A stretch of 64,000 bases of DNA from the NCBI GenBank assembly GCA_019637155.1, contig JAHBWE010000017.1:1-64000 (forward strand), written 5' to 3'. A program made the position numbers and the translations under genes. Below, in pieces: positions 1 through 8,861 of the stretch. Under the pieces are notes generated by a model. That model ran no database searches and was not told where the DNA came from. It was given only the letters and a program-made list of their open reading frames with translations. The DNA comes from Labilithrix sp. GTDB taxonomy: Bacteria; Myxococcota_A; Polyangia; Polyangiales; Polyangiaceae. How positions within the stretch are numbered: the first letter of the stretch is position 1; each line of letters opens with the position of its first letter.

Positions 1-69
1 GGTAACCGCCGTAGCAGCCGTAAGGGCAGGGCTCCGACGGCGGCGCCCGCAGCGGCGATGACGATATCG

Positions 70-264
70 TCATCCCGCCTCGCCCTCGCGCTCGGCCCGG
101 AGGGCGAGCTCCGTGATGAGTTCACACGCGCGGACGATGCCCTCGGACGTCGTGTCGATGTGGCCAGCGAAGACCGGGCGGCCGTTCTTATAGCCGACTA
201 TCGGACGGCGCTTCTCGGAGGTCAGACATTCTTCGGCCTCGAGTTGTACGGTATCGTCGGGCAT
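70..264 (-). CDS. small hypothetical protein (64 aa)
   Basis: ORF downstream of 333..842 on same strand; non-biased composition; no recognisable domain. Confidence 0.2.
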   Translation of the reverse strand: MPDDTVQLEAEECLTSEKRRPIVGYKNGRPVFAGHIDTTSEGIVRACELITELALRAEREGEAG

Positions 265-332
265 CGGTTGTCTCCTTGTTCGATGTTCATGCTGCCCCGC
301 CGACGCGAAACTCGGCGGGGCAGCCTCACTCG

Positions 333-842
333 TCAGTTCGGCTGGCTGGCGACGTACTCCGCGTAGGCCGCCTCGTCGCGTTTCCGGAGGACCTCATCGC
401 TCTCGAACACGAGCTCGCACTCGATAGCCTCGTGACTAAGGAGGGCATTGAAGCGGCGCTGGAGCGAGACGATGCCGGCGAAGCCGTAAGGTCGCTTCGT
501 CTGCTGGCGTAGCTCGATGAGCTCCACAACGTGCGGCCAGAGGGCGTAGAGATGGTTGCTCACTTGGACAGCGAATGGAGACCACGTGTCGCGCTGCTCC
601 TCGCTCCAGATCCCCTGAGTCGCCTGAGCAGCAACGGACTCTGCGTTGCCTTCGATGAGCTGCTGGAGCACGCAGGAAAGGTTGTCGAGGTGGGCGAGAC
701 CAGCACCGCCGTCGTCGTCGTCGTCACTGAAGTCGTCGAAGAATGGGCTGAGCAAGTCCTCCAGCGCATACACGTGCGGTTCGATGTTCGATAGAGTTTC
801 ATGAATTCTCTGTTCAATGAGCTCGTCGGATAGTTGGGTCAT
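333..842 (-). CDS. hypothetical acidic protein (start at internal Met MTQLSD)
   Basis: AAGGAG Shine-Dalgarno 6 nt upstream of ATG at 842; ATGA overlap with upstream gene stop; protein-like composition with poly-Asp stretch. Confidence 0.5.
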   Translation of the reverse strand: MTQLSDELIEQRIHETLSNIEPHVYALEDLLSPFFDDFSDDDDDGGAGLAHLDNLSCVLQQLIEGNAESVAAQATQGIWSEEQRDTWSPFAVQVSNHLYALWPHVVELIELRQQTKRPYGFAGIVSLQRRFNALLSHEAIECELVFESDEVLRKRDEAAYAEYVASQPN

Positions 843-1099
843 GGCTTCTCCTTTTCGAAATAGTTCTTCAAGAGAATGCAAGCCTGTTCAGGGATGGTCT
901 TTCGTGCCTTCCTCGCGCTCCTGTGGAGGGACAAGTACGTCTCGTCATCCACAGGGACCAAGATCTGAGGCGCGAAGGTGTCGCCGCGTAGAACTCCGTA
1001 GACGTGGCTGATATCCACTTTGTATTCGGCCGCGAGCTGACGAGCCGTCCGGCCAGCCCTCCTCTTCTGCCGCATCTCCACGGCGGCGAAGAGATCCAT
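839..1099 (-). CDS. small HTH DNA-binding protein (alt. start 1303)
   Basis: Motif RTARQLAAEYKVDISHVYGVLRGD resembles helix-turn-helix; lower-GC region. Confidence 0.45.
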   Translation of the reverse strand: MDLFAAVEMRQKRRAGRTARQLAAEYKVDISHVYGVLRGDTFAPQILVPVDDETYLSLHRSARKARKTIPEQACILLKNYFEKEKP

Positions 1100-1365
1100 C
1101 TTCCTGTGGCCGTTTTCACTGTGAGTCACCCAACCGTGAGCCAAATAAAGCTCTATCAGGAGCCATGATGACCATGGTTCCCAGTGCTCCGATCGACGCA
1201 CGCCGCCCACTTCAACGCATGGGTCGAACTGACATACGAGGCCCTTATCCCAGAGGCATCGTGGACCGTGCAGTTTACGAGTGCAAAACAGCATTTCAAA
1301 CATAGTATTCGGAGGCCATTCCTTTCGTCACTGGTACGCCCGTTGCTCCGATCGCGTGCGCGCGG

Positions 1366-1432
1366 ATCTCTCCTTCTCTTCTCTCTCGATCTCGGATCCC
1401 AGATCCGGAGAGATTCAGAGAGAGGGAGATCC
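1366..1432. repeat. Imperfect long palindrome with perfect core GGATC-cca-GATCC flanked by CT-rich / GA-rich arms
   Basis: ggatctctccttctcttctctctcgatctcggatc cca gatccggagagattcagagagagggagatcc read directly; lies in ~600-bp ORF-poor lower-GC stretch. Confidence 0.4.
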
Positions 1433-1703
1433 GGGACGCGCGAGGTCGGATCAGGTCGGAACATTCCGATGACGTCCTCGGAGAGCGTGACCGTAGAAGA
1501 GGCACGGAAGGATGGTTTTCTGAGCCTCGAGAATCTGGAAGCTATGTCAGGGCCTCCGAAGCGTAAGAGAACCTCGGAAGGGCAACGGGACTCAAGGACG
1601 ATGGCGCCATGAAGACGGCTCGTAATCTCATGGCTCGCTCTCCCTGATCTGACCGGTAGAAAGTCCGCTCGGAGACTCCCTCATTGCGCATGTACCTGAC
1701 GAA

Positions 1704-2204
1704 ATGGCGAGCTCCAACGGCTATCCCTTCACGTCACGACGAAAGGTTGTCGAGCGAATCACCTCGGAGCCCGCCTTCGCGCTGGCGTGCATCCGCCTCG
1801 TCGACGAGCGTCGCGGCTGGATGGCCTCGCACCGGGTTCGGGCAGGCAAGGTCCTCGCGAAGATCATCGCCGGCGATCTATCGCCCTCGGATCTCGCCGA
1901 GGTGATCTCCTTGATCTCGCCCTACGCGCGGACCGTCAGCCGCATCCTGCGCGAGCGCGAGATCGCCGAAGGGGCGCCCGAGCTCGCCGCCAAGGCCGCG
2001 GTGTTCGGCGTGCTCCGTCCCGCTTCAGCAGCGCCCGACACCAGGGAGGTCGTGCAGCCGTCGGTTGCTTCCCCCTCCGTCGCCGACACGCCCGCTGCCG
2101 TGGAGGTGCCGGTTGTCGCGCCGAAGCGTCGTGGACGGTCCCCTGGATCCAAGAACAAAAAGCCGCGCTCGGAGTCCGAACCGAAGCGCCGTCGCCGTTC
2201 CTGA
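1704..2204 (+). CDS. hypothetical protein with basic C-terminal tail (KRRGRSPGSKNKKPRS)
   Basis: Long ORF with varied composition; AT-hook-like basic tail. Confidence 0.45.
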   Translation: MASSNGYPFTSRRKVVERITSEPAFALACIRLVDERRGWMASHRVRAGKVLAKIIAGDLSPSDLAEVISLISPYARTVSRILREREIAEGAPELAAKAAVFGVLRPASAAPDTREVVQPSVASPSVADTPAAVEVPVVAPKRRGRSPGSKNKKPRSESEPKRRRRS

Positions 2205-2293
2205 CCTTCCTCCGTCATTCCATCCCGAAGCGTCGGGGTCACGGCGCGTTGCTTTCTCGCGTCCAGGCTCGGCTCGCAGGCTAACCTGCGAGG

Positions 2294-3004
2294 TTGATCG
2301 CTCACGCAAGTGGGCACGACCGCATCCGAATGGAGGGATTCGTGAACGTCGCGCTGCCACCGCTTCCCGTATTCTCGATACCCGACGCCCGCATCGGTGA
2401 AGGTCTCATCGCCCACGTCCAAAGCGTCAACTCGTTCGCCGCTGTCGCGGCATGGGATCGAGACGCGAACGCGTTCGCCTCCTACGTCAAGGGCTTCCTC
2501 GCGGCGGTTCCGAACATCGAGTATCAGATCGGCGTCGTCGAGCAGCACGCGAGGCACGCCCACGCCAGTCGCGGGTTCTTCGAGAAGACGTTCGGATCGC
2601 CCCCGATGACGGCGGAGATTCAGGCGATGCGGCAGCAGCTCAGGGTGGCCGTCGTTGCCTTGACGGGCATCGTCGAGCAGCTCGAATCGCTCATCGACCA
2701 GACGCCCGACAACCCGGAGGAGAAGAAAGCCCTCCTTGCCGATCTGAAGGCGTTGAAGAAGGAGCTCTCCCAGGAGAAGAAGGAGTTGAGCCTCGCGATG
2801 CGTGAGGTGCGCGCCAACGCACGACGTGCCGGCGCGAACGTCGGCGGCTTCTTCAGCACGCCACGATCGCGTCGCTACGAGCGAATGCAGATCCGGTTCA
2901 ACAAGGAGGCTGCACTCCAACCGCACGAGGACGAGAAGGCAGCCATCGAACGGCGGATCATGTCGGTGGAACGCCTCATCCTCTGGGTCGAGCGGATCAA
3001 CTGA
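2294..3004 (+). CDS. hypothetical protein, coiled-coil C-terminal half (alt. start Met13 at 2330)
   Basis: 236-aa ORF, non-biased composition, EKKALLADLKALKKELSQEKKEL heptad-like segment. Confidence 0.45.
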   Translation: MIAHASGHDRIRMEGFVNVALPPLPVFSIPDARIGEGLIAHVQSVNSFAAVAAWDRDANAFASYVKGFLAAVPNIEYQIGVVEQHARHAHASRGFFEKTFGSPPMTAEIQAMRQQLRVAVVALTGIVEQLESLIDQTPDNPEEKKALLADLKALKKELSQEKKELSLAMREVRANARRAGANVGGFFSTPRSRRYERMQIRFNKEAALQPHEDEKAAIERRIMSVERLILWVERIN

Positions 3005-3100
3005 CGCGAAGCCCGGCGCGTGGGATGAGTCAGGCGCGTTCGTCGCCACCGAATCATCCTCTCGACGAAGTCTGCCGCTGGCAATCTCCCGCCGGAGATC

Positions 3101-3328
3101 TTGCGCTCGTCGGCGTACCAGCTGTCGGAGGTGATGATGTTCTTCCGCGCTCTGACCGCCGACGAAGAGGCCCGCTTCAGGAGCTGGGCGCGCAGCAACT
3201 ACCCGCCCGGTTCCATCATCGACGGTGCGTGGCATCCGTCCGTGCAGGACGAGTGCCTCCGCATCAATCGCGAGCGCGCCGTGTTCGTCATGGACGCCGC
3301 AGCTCCGGGCGAGGAGTCCGCCCCATGA
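3101..3328 (+). CDS. small hypothetical protein
   Basis: 75-aa ORF whose stop overlaps next gene start (ATGA at 3325-3328). Confidence 0.35.
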   Translation: MRSSAYQLSEVMMFFRALTADEEARFRSWARSNYPPGSIIDGAWHPSVQDECLRINRERAVFVMDAAAPGEESAP

Positions 3329-3582
3329 CCGCCGATGAGCTCGCCGAGGTCATCGAGGATCTTATTCGCGCCGTGGTCGAGGACGAGGAGGGCGATGCCG
3401 AGGAGCTGCACGGCGCGCGGCTCTCCTCCTTCCGTCACGCCGGGCTTCTCACGCGGAATGCCGGCGTTGTCATCACGCTGGCCGACGGTTCCGAGTTCCA
3501 GATCTCGGTCGTGCAGTCGCGGATCAGCGACCGTGATGACGAGGACACCGCCGCCGACGACAGCGATGAGGACGCTTCGTAG
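3325..3582 (+). CDS. small acidic hypothetical protein (85 aa)
   Basis: Internal Met of ORF 3025..3582; translationally coupled to upstream ORF. Confidence 0.4.
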   Translation: MTADELAEVIEDLIRAVVEDEEGDAEELHGARLSSFRHAGLLTRNAGVVITLADGSEFQISVVQSRISDRDDEDTAADDSDEDAS

Positions 3583-3777
3583 TCGGGGGCAGGCCTCGTC
3601 AGATCGGTTTTACCCAAACCCCATCACGCGGCCGGACATGGACTCGCGCTCGCCACAAGCGGCGACGGGCCGTGCTCGGCCGTCGCCTTGTTCGACGTGT
3701 ACACGGGGAGGCCCGCGGCAAGATCGCCGGGCCCCCATCGGGATGGGGTGTCTCCTTGAGCTCAACGCCCCTGCCGA

Positions 3778-4488
3778 TCACGCCGTGGCAGCCGTTCGGG
3801 CGAGCACCCTCCCGACCGTCGTCGCCTCCCATCGGCCACCCCGCTTGGTCGGATGCCCCTCGTCGCGGAGGATACGGGCGATCGCGCGGAGCGAGCTCCC
3901 GGCCGTGCGTAGCTCCATGGCACGCCGTACGGCCGCCATCTCGGCCTCGTCCTCGATTACGACGCGACGGCCGTCGCGATCGATCTCGGGCGTTCGCCTT
4001 CGTCCGAGCGGCACGCCGCCGACGAGAACCCCCGTCGACTTGAGATGAGCAAGGCTTTCGCGCGTGCGTTCTGCCGTCGCCTCACGCTCCCATTGAGCGA
4101 CCGAAGCGAGGACGTTCAAGACGAGCCGGCCAGCCGCGGTGCGGGTGTCGATGGAGTCCGAGACGGACAGAAGGGAGCACTTCAACGCGAAGTAGCGCTC
4201 GACCAGATCTCCGAGGTCACGAACCGAGCGAGTGAGCCGGTCCAGCTTCACCACGAGGAGGCCGCTGGCGGAGCCGTCTTCGAGACAGGCGAGCGCGCGG
4301 AGCAGACCGGGGCGACCCTCGACCGTTCGAGCGGAGCGGCCGGCGTCCATCTCGACGCAGACCAGTTCCAAGTCCATCGCGAGGGCATACGCTTCAAGCT
4401 TGGCGCGCTGCGCTGCGAGGGAGACTCCTTCATCGGCCTGCCCTTCGGTACTGACCCTCACGTACCCGACCACACGCGTCTTCGTCAT
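3778..4488 (-). CDS. serine recombinase (resolvase/invertase family) with C-terminal HTH
   Basis: N-terminal VGYVRVSTEGQ catalytic-serine motif, LDRLTRS, C-terminal HTH; start at Met28 of ORF 3778..4569. Confidence 0.85.
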   Translation of the reverse strand: MTKTRVVGYVRVSTEGQADEGVSLAAQRAKLEAYALAMDLELVCVEMDAGRSARTVEGRPGLLRALACLEDGSASGLLVVKLDRLTRSVRDLGDLVERYFALKCSLLSVSDSIDTRTAAGRLVLNVLASVAQWEREATAERTRESLAHLKSTGVLVGGVPLGRRRTPEIDRDGRRVVIEDEAEMAAVRRAMELRTAGSSLRAIARILRDEGHPTKRGGRWEATTVGRVLARTAATA

Positions 4489-4616
4489 GGTCGCCGATAC
4501 TTGTTCAGTGCTCGGATCTTCACCGAGATGACCATCGCCGTTACGGGATGGTTCTTGCGGGATGGTCAAAATCTCCTCGAAGAAGTGTCTTCACGGAGAC
4601 TTCGGTTGAAGGAGAT

Positions 4617-5117
4617 CTATCCTCCGTGGAGGCGATCGACGTGGGACTGGTGCCACGCCGTCTCGATGTCGGTGAGGTCGACATCGTCGCCCACTGCCGC
4701 CACGGCATCGAGCACGATCTGTCTGCGGGCAGCACGGAGCTGTGCATCGAGCGCTGGGAGTAGGGAGGCCGCCGTGGTCAGCACAGCCTGCACGCCCTCG
4801 TCGTGCGTCATCGACTGGAACGAGACCCGCTCGTGACGACGGACGATGTGCTCGGCGAGCTCTCGGGCGCGATAGCGGTCGACCTGGGAAGCAAGCTCGC
4901 TTGCCGTGAAGAACTCCCCGTTGGCCGGTCGCGCGTCGAGCACCGACACGGCGGAGAAGAGCCTTGTGGTTGTCCGCTTGCCATCGAGGAACGACACCTC
5001 GTAGCCCACGCCCGCTGCTGGATCGAGCTGACCGCGCAGTACCTTGATGTGCGAGATGCGCTCGACGACTTTCGCGACCCGCTTGTCGTCTTGACTCGCC
5101 GTAGACGTTGATCCCAT
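4617..5117 (-). CDS. hypothetical protein (166 aa)
   Basis: ORF downstream of DAC-like gene on same strand; varied composition. Confidence 0.4.
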   Translation of the reverse strand: MGSTSTASQDDKRVAKVVERISHIKVLRGQLDPAAGVGYEVSFLDGKRTTTRLFSAVSVLDARPANGEFFTASELASQVDRYRARELAEHIVRRHERVSFQSMTHDEGVQAVLTTAASLLPALDAQLRAARRQIVLDAVAAVGDDVDLTDIETAWHQSHVDRLHGG

Positions 5118-5163
5118 GTCGCTCGGGTATCACGCCGCATGCGCGGAGAACACGGAGAACGGG

Positions 5164-5577
5164 TCAGCGAAGGTCGGCCTCGCGCGCGTGCCGACGGAGC
5201 ACGTCTGCGACGTCATCGGCATCCACGACCTCGACGCGCCCCATCCCGTCCACGATTTGGATCTCGCCGGTGTCCTCGTCGAGCGCGATCGCGACGCCGT
5301 CGGCGAGCTCGGTGGCGCGCTCCACGACCTCCTCCCACGAGAGTGACACACCGGCGCGCTCGACGCGGTCACCTCGGATGATGACGGCGCCACAGTGGAT
5401 CCGGTTGACGTGCTCCGGGACGGCGAGCGCGACGAGAAGCTCCCGGCTCACGACGGCGTCGAGCAGGACGCCGCCGGTGATGTCGTGCGACGGATTCAGC
5501 AAGAGGACCGCGCCAAGACGATGGCGCGACATGATGAGCACCGTGCCGGCGATCTCCTCGGCGACGTCGACGGGCAT
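5164..5577 (-). CDS. DisA_N / diadenylate-cyclase (DAC) domain-like protein with degenerate catalytic motifs
   Basis: Segments match DAC domain order: RLGAVLLLN (cf. GALIVIE), TGGVLLDAVVSRELL, HCGAVIIRGDRVERAG (cf. HDGAVII), AIALDEDTGEIQIV (cf. VVSEETGEISV); DGA is CGA and GTRHRAA motif absent. Confidence 0.55.
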   Translation of the reverse strand: MPVDVAEEIAGTVLIMSRHRLGAVLLLNPSHDITGGVLLDAVVSRELLVALAVPEHVNRIHCGAVIIRGDRVERAGVSLSWEEVVERATELADGVAIALDEDTGEIQIVDGMGRVEVVDADDVADVLRRHAREADLR

Positions 5578-5858
5578 CACGGGCTGGTCTGCCCGGTCAT
5601 CTCGCGGAGCCACAGGCGGAGCCGGAGCCTCGCGCTCCCGTCGGTGCTCTCGCCGATTGCGACCTCAAGGGTCGTCGTGGCGATGTCCGCTTCGTGGTCG
5701 AATAAGGCAGGGGCGACCATCGGCGTCCAGCCGTTCTCGCTCGCGAGGTGATGCCAGCCGCGCACTGAAGGCGCCGCGCGGTGAAGCTGCCAGCGCGTCT
5801 CGCGCGGCAGGAACGACGACGAGATCAGGTCGGGATGCGCCTCGGCGAGCTCGGTCAT
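5577..5858 (-). CDS. hypothetical protein (93 aa)
   Basis: Stop overlaps start of DAC-like gene (ATGA); protein-like composition. Confidence 0.35.
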   Translation of the reverse strand: MTELAEAHPDLISSSFLPRETRWQLHRAAPSVRGWHHLASENGWTPMVAPALFDHEADIATTTLEVAIGESTDGSARLRLRLWLREMTGQTSP

Positions 5859-6023
5859 CCAGTCAGGGACACGCCCAAACGCGTGGAGCCATGACGAGAT
5901 GAGGCGCGCCGCGCGGCAGGTCGAGTCTGGCAGTTGACTGACCGCCCACTCCGACGCAGCCTTGCCCCACTCCGCCCGGATCCATCCTCGCCACCTGTGC
6001 TCGTCAAGCGTGGCGAGGAGCAG

Positions 6024-6422
6024 CTAGCAGAGGGCTTCGTGGTCGCCGTCGCGGTGGACGCGGGGCATGATGCGCTCGACGCCGTGACCTGCGTGGACTG
6101 CGGTCATCACCGGCGACATCGACCGGATCGACATCAGCACGCGCCGGACCGCGCTCGAGACGTGCAGCGCCCGTCCGAGCGCGGAGATCACGTCGGCGAG
6201 ATCGGCCTCCGTCGGCCGGGCGCGAGGGAGCATGATTCGGATAACGTTCGCCGCGTCCTCGCGGTCCTCCGCGTCGGCGCGCATATCGCCCAGCACGGAG
6301 GTCGCGCGGCGCAAGGTCTCCTTGGCGTAGGAGCGGACCACGAGTGGAGGTACGCGACGGACGTCCGAGCCTGCGGCCCGGCAGCCCCGGCTGCAGCTGT
6401 ACGCTCCGAAATGCACGACCAA
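6024..6422 (-). CDS. hypothetical protein
   Basis: ORF upstream of 5577..5858 on same strand; weak. Confidence 0.25.
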   Translation of the reverse strand: MVVHFGAYSCSRGCRAAGSDVRRVPPLVVRSYAKETLRRATSVLGDMRADAEDREDAANVIRIMLPRARPTEADLADVISALGRALHVSSAVRRVLMSIRSMSPVMTAVHAGHGVERIMPRVHRDGDHEALC

Positions 6423-6791
6423 GAGCAGCTACAGAATCTTCTGAACGCGTTCGCCGACCTTCCCCTCGAATGCGACGGTATGACGAGGGTGCTCTCGTTC
6501 GCCCTGCGGGAGGCGGGCGTACCGCACGTCGCCAAGGCCGGAGACCTGCTCGTCGACGGCGTTCGCGTTGTCCCGATCCACTTCTGGATCGAGCTCAGCG
6601 ACGGCTCGCTCGTCGACTATCGGGCCCGGATGTGGAGTGGCGAGGGCGACCACGTCCCTCACGGAGTGTTCCGCTCGGAGGATTGCCCGCGCGTCGAGTA
6701 TCGCGGCGAGGCGGTCGACGTCTCGATGCCACGCGTCGTTTTCGACGTGCTCACGCGTGACAGGTGCGCCGATGCCTCCAGCCGATGCTGA
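6411..6791 (+). CDS. hypothetical protein (127 aa, internal Met of ORF 5934..6791)
   Basis: C-terminal 127 aa have balanced composition (W,F,Y,H); upstream part of ORF is Arg/Pro-rich artefact. Confidence 0.35.
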   Translation: MHDQEQLQNLLNAFADLPLECDGMTRVLSFALREAGVPHVAKAGDLLVDGVRVVPIHFWIELSDGSLVDYRARMWSGEGDHVPHGVFRSEDCPRVEYRGEAVDVSMPRVVFDVLTRDRCADASSRC

Positions 6792-6938
6792 CGCGGGCCG
6801 GAGCGGCGGCGTCTTGGTTCGCTCGTCAGCATCGGCCAGAACAGGGCAAGCCCCCACGCCTCCTCGCCGATGTCGCGGACGTCCAGCTGGAGCTCCTCGT
6901 GAGCGGTCCGGCCTGCCCCGCGACGGTCGGCGTGTCTT

Positions 6939-6951
6939 GGGGGGGGGGGGG
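6939..6951. repeat. G13 homopolymer tract followed by GATAAT and a 7-bp-stem hairpin
   Basis: ttgggggggggggggataat read directly; aaccttc-cttcggagc-gaaggtt hairpin at ~6976-6998. Confidence 0.9.
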
Positions 6952-7081
6952 ATAATCGCATACAGGATTGTCGTAGAACCTTCCTTCGGAGCGAAGGTTC
7001 ATGCACGGATCTCGCCGAGGGACCCGTGCGCCGAGACCCGCCGACCGGATCAACGCGAGAACGGTCCCAAGCCAGAGACGC

Positions 7082-7627
7082 CTATCGTCGGACGTCTCGC
7101 GTCGTACCGTGAGCCTCGAGTCGGCAGTCCGAGATGTGAGGAGCGACCTCTCCGAGACCCCGCTCCGTCTGGATCCGCCCGGTGACGCCAACCATCTCGC
7201 CCGTGTGAAGCGAGGCGAGGGACCCCGTGTCCAAGCGGCACAGGAAAGCGAGACCCTGCCCCGTTTGGACGAGCAAGCCGGTCGGCAAGATTTGGGCTTC
7301 CCCGGTCACGTAGAAGATCCCCGTGTAGACGCTCCGTGCCTGTACAGGGTTGTCGTTGACGTCCCGGATGAGCTGCGGAACGTCGAGGACGGGTGCGCTC
7401 TTGCGCGCGTTCTCCTGATCGCGCTCCACCTTCTGCTTGGCTTCCACGCGGAGGCGGTCTTGCCGCTCCTCCTCCTTACGGGTCGCCTCGGCGTGTTGGG
7501 ACATGCCGAAGAGGATGAGCCCGAGCAACAGTGCACCGGCCCCAGCGGCGCCCAGAATCAGACGCTGTCGCTTACGGTGCCCCTCCACCATGGACTTGAT
7601 GGCCGGATCATCTGAGTAGTCGTCCAT
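7082..7627 (-). CDS. membrane-anchored hypothetical protein (single TM, OB-fold-like C-terminal domain)
   Basis: Start MDDYSDD with GGGGGAAGAG upstream; hydrophobic segment LILGAAGAGALLLGLILFG; divergent from XRE regulator. Confidence 0.5.
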   Translation of the reverse strand: MDDYSDDPAIKSMVEGHRKRQRLILGAAGAGALLLGLILFGMSQHAEATRKEEERQDRLRVEAKQKVERDQENARKSAPVLDVPQLIRDVNDNPVQARSVYTGIFYVTGEAQILPTGLLVQTGQGLAFLCRLDTGSLASLHTGEMVGVTGRIQTERGLGEVAPHISDCRLEAHGTTRDVRR

Positions 7628-7720
7628 CTCTTCCCCCGAATTCGGGCTCCGCGCTTGGCTCGGACCGGGAGCCGGCTTCCTGCGGATCACCTCAAAGTGC
7701 GAAACTAACACTATCGCTTT

Positions 7721-8026
7721 ATGTTTTGGAAGGACGCTCTCCGCGACCTTCCCGGCGTGCGGAAGCTCGATCCTGAACGCGTCGTCGACGGCGTTGGACG
7801 CCGGGTCGCCGAGCTCCGGAAGGAGCGCGGCTGGACGCAGGCCGAGCTCGGCGAGCGCATCAACTTCACGTTCCAGTACGTCGCCCGCATCGAGGGCGGC
7901 GTGAACCTCACGATCCACTCCCTAACGCACCTCGCGAACGCCTTCCGCGTGCCGATCGCCGCGCTGTTCGAGCCTCCCCGCGACGAAGCCCCTCGGCGGC
8001 CTGGTCGGCCACGGAAGAAGGGGTAG
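7721..8026 (+). CDS. XRE-family (Cro/C1-type) HTH transcriptional regulator
   Basis: VAELRKERGWTQAELGERINFTFQYVARIEGG is a classic HTH_3 signature. Confidence 0.75.
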   Translation: MFWKDALRDLPGVRKLDPERVVDGVGRRVAELRKERGWTQAELGERINFTFQYVARIEGGVNLTIHSLTHLANAFRVPIAALFEPPRDEAPRRPGRPRKKG

Positions 8027-8030
8027 ACGT

Positions 8031-8333
8031 TCATTCTCGAGGGCCCGCCTTGCGTCGTCGCCGCTTCGGCCTTGCGCCAAGCACGAACGCCAGGCCCTCG
8101 AACGCGGCGTCGTCGAACCACTGCCTCAGGTCATTCACGTCATCTTCACCGAGCGCGACGCCCACGAACACCCGGCCTCCGTGCTCCGCGGCCGTGCGGA
8201 TCGCGGCCTCGGCGTTGTCCACGCCGTCGTAGAGCCCGAAGCTGGCGAACACGGAGCCGTCGAGCGCGACCGCGATCGGTGAAGGGTGGAGCTGACGCCA
8301 TGTCTGCCGCCCCCTCTTCCGCGCCCGGCTCAC
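8031..8333 (-). CDS. small basic protein, paralog of 8571..8861 (possible GTG start)
   Basis: IAVALDGSVFASFGLYDGVDNAEAAIRTAAEHGGRVFVGVALGEDD...KRRRRK aligns with downstream paralog. Confidence 0.35.
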   Translation of the reverse strand: MSRARKRGRQTWRQLHPSPIAVALDGSVFASFGLYDGVDNAEAAIRTAAEHGGRVFVGVALGEDDVNDLRQWFDDAAFEGLAFVLGARPKRRRRKAGPRE

Positions 8334-8570
8334 TGGCCACGGGCCGCCCAGACCGCGGCGATAAACGGGATGACGATGACGCCAATTGCGAACAGCCAGT
8401 GCCGAAGGCCGACGTGCGCCGGACCGTGCGTCATGAGCATGCCGCGCGCGCCGCAGCGAGGACACCGCCGGGCTCCCCAGGCGACCGGCCGACCGCAGAC
8501 GCCGCACGGGTGTCGGAGGAGTGCCGAGAGGTCCATGAAAGCGGGTACGCGGAGGCGAGCGACGTCTCCG

Positions 8571-8861
8571 TCACCGCCGCTTCTTCTTCGCATCCTTCGC
8601 CGTGTTCTTTCTCCGCCTCCGCTCGCGGGCGACGAACGCCGCGCCGGCGCCCTCGTGCCCGGCGTCGTCGATGCGGGCGAGCACGTCGCGGGCCTCACGA
8701 CCTCGAAGCTTCACCCCGATGAAGATGGCGCCGCCGAGCTCGATCGCCCGGCGGAGGATTCCCTCGGAATCCCTCTCGCCGGCGAAGCCGTGGACGTTGG
8801 CGACGACCGAGCTGTCCGACGCGACCGCGATCGATGCCTTGTGGATCTTCGGCCTCCTCAT
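8571..8861 (-). CDS. small basic protein, paralog of 8031..8333
   Basis: MRRPKIHKASIAVASDSSVVANVHGFAGERDSEGILRRAIELGGAIFIGVKLRG...KKKRR; weak resemblance to Rossmann/CoA-binding-like fold. Confidence 0.4.
   Translation of the reverse strand: MRRPKIHKASIAVASDSSVVANVHGFAGERDSEGILRRAIELGGAIFIGVKLRGREARDVLARIDDAGHEGAGAAFVARERRRRKNTAKDAKKKRR

Noticed and set aside
58-366. 102-aa plus-strand ORF at window start
   Set aside because: Overlaps an equally plausible minus-strand ORF (70..264); neither has recognisable features, so only the minus-strand one is listed at low confidence.
7001-7615. 204-aa plus-strand ORF
   Set aside because: Antisense to the better-supported membrane-protein gene 7082..7627 (good SD, TM segment) and low-complexity.
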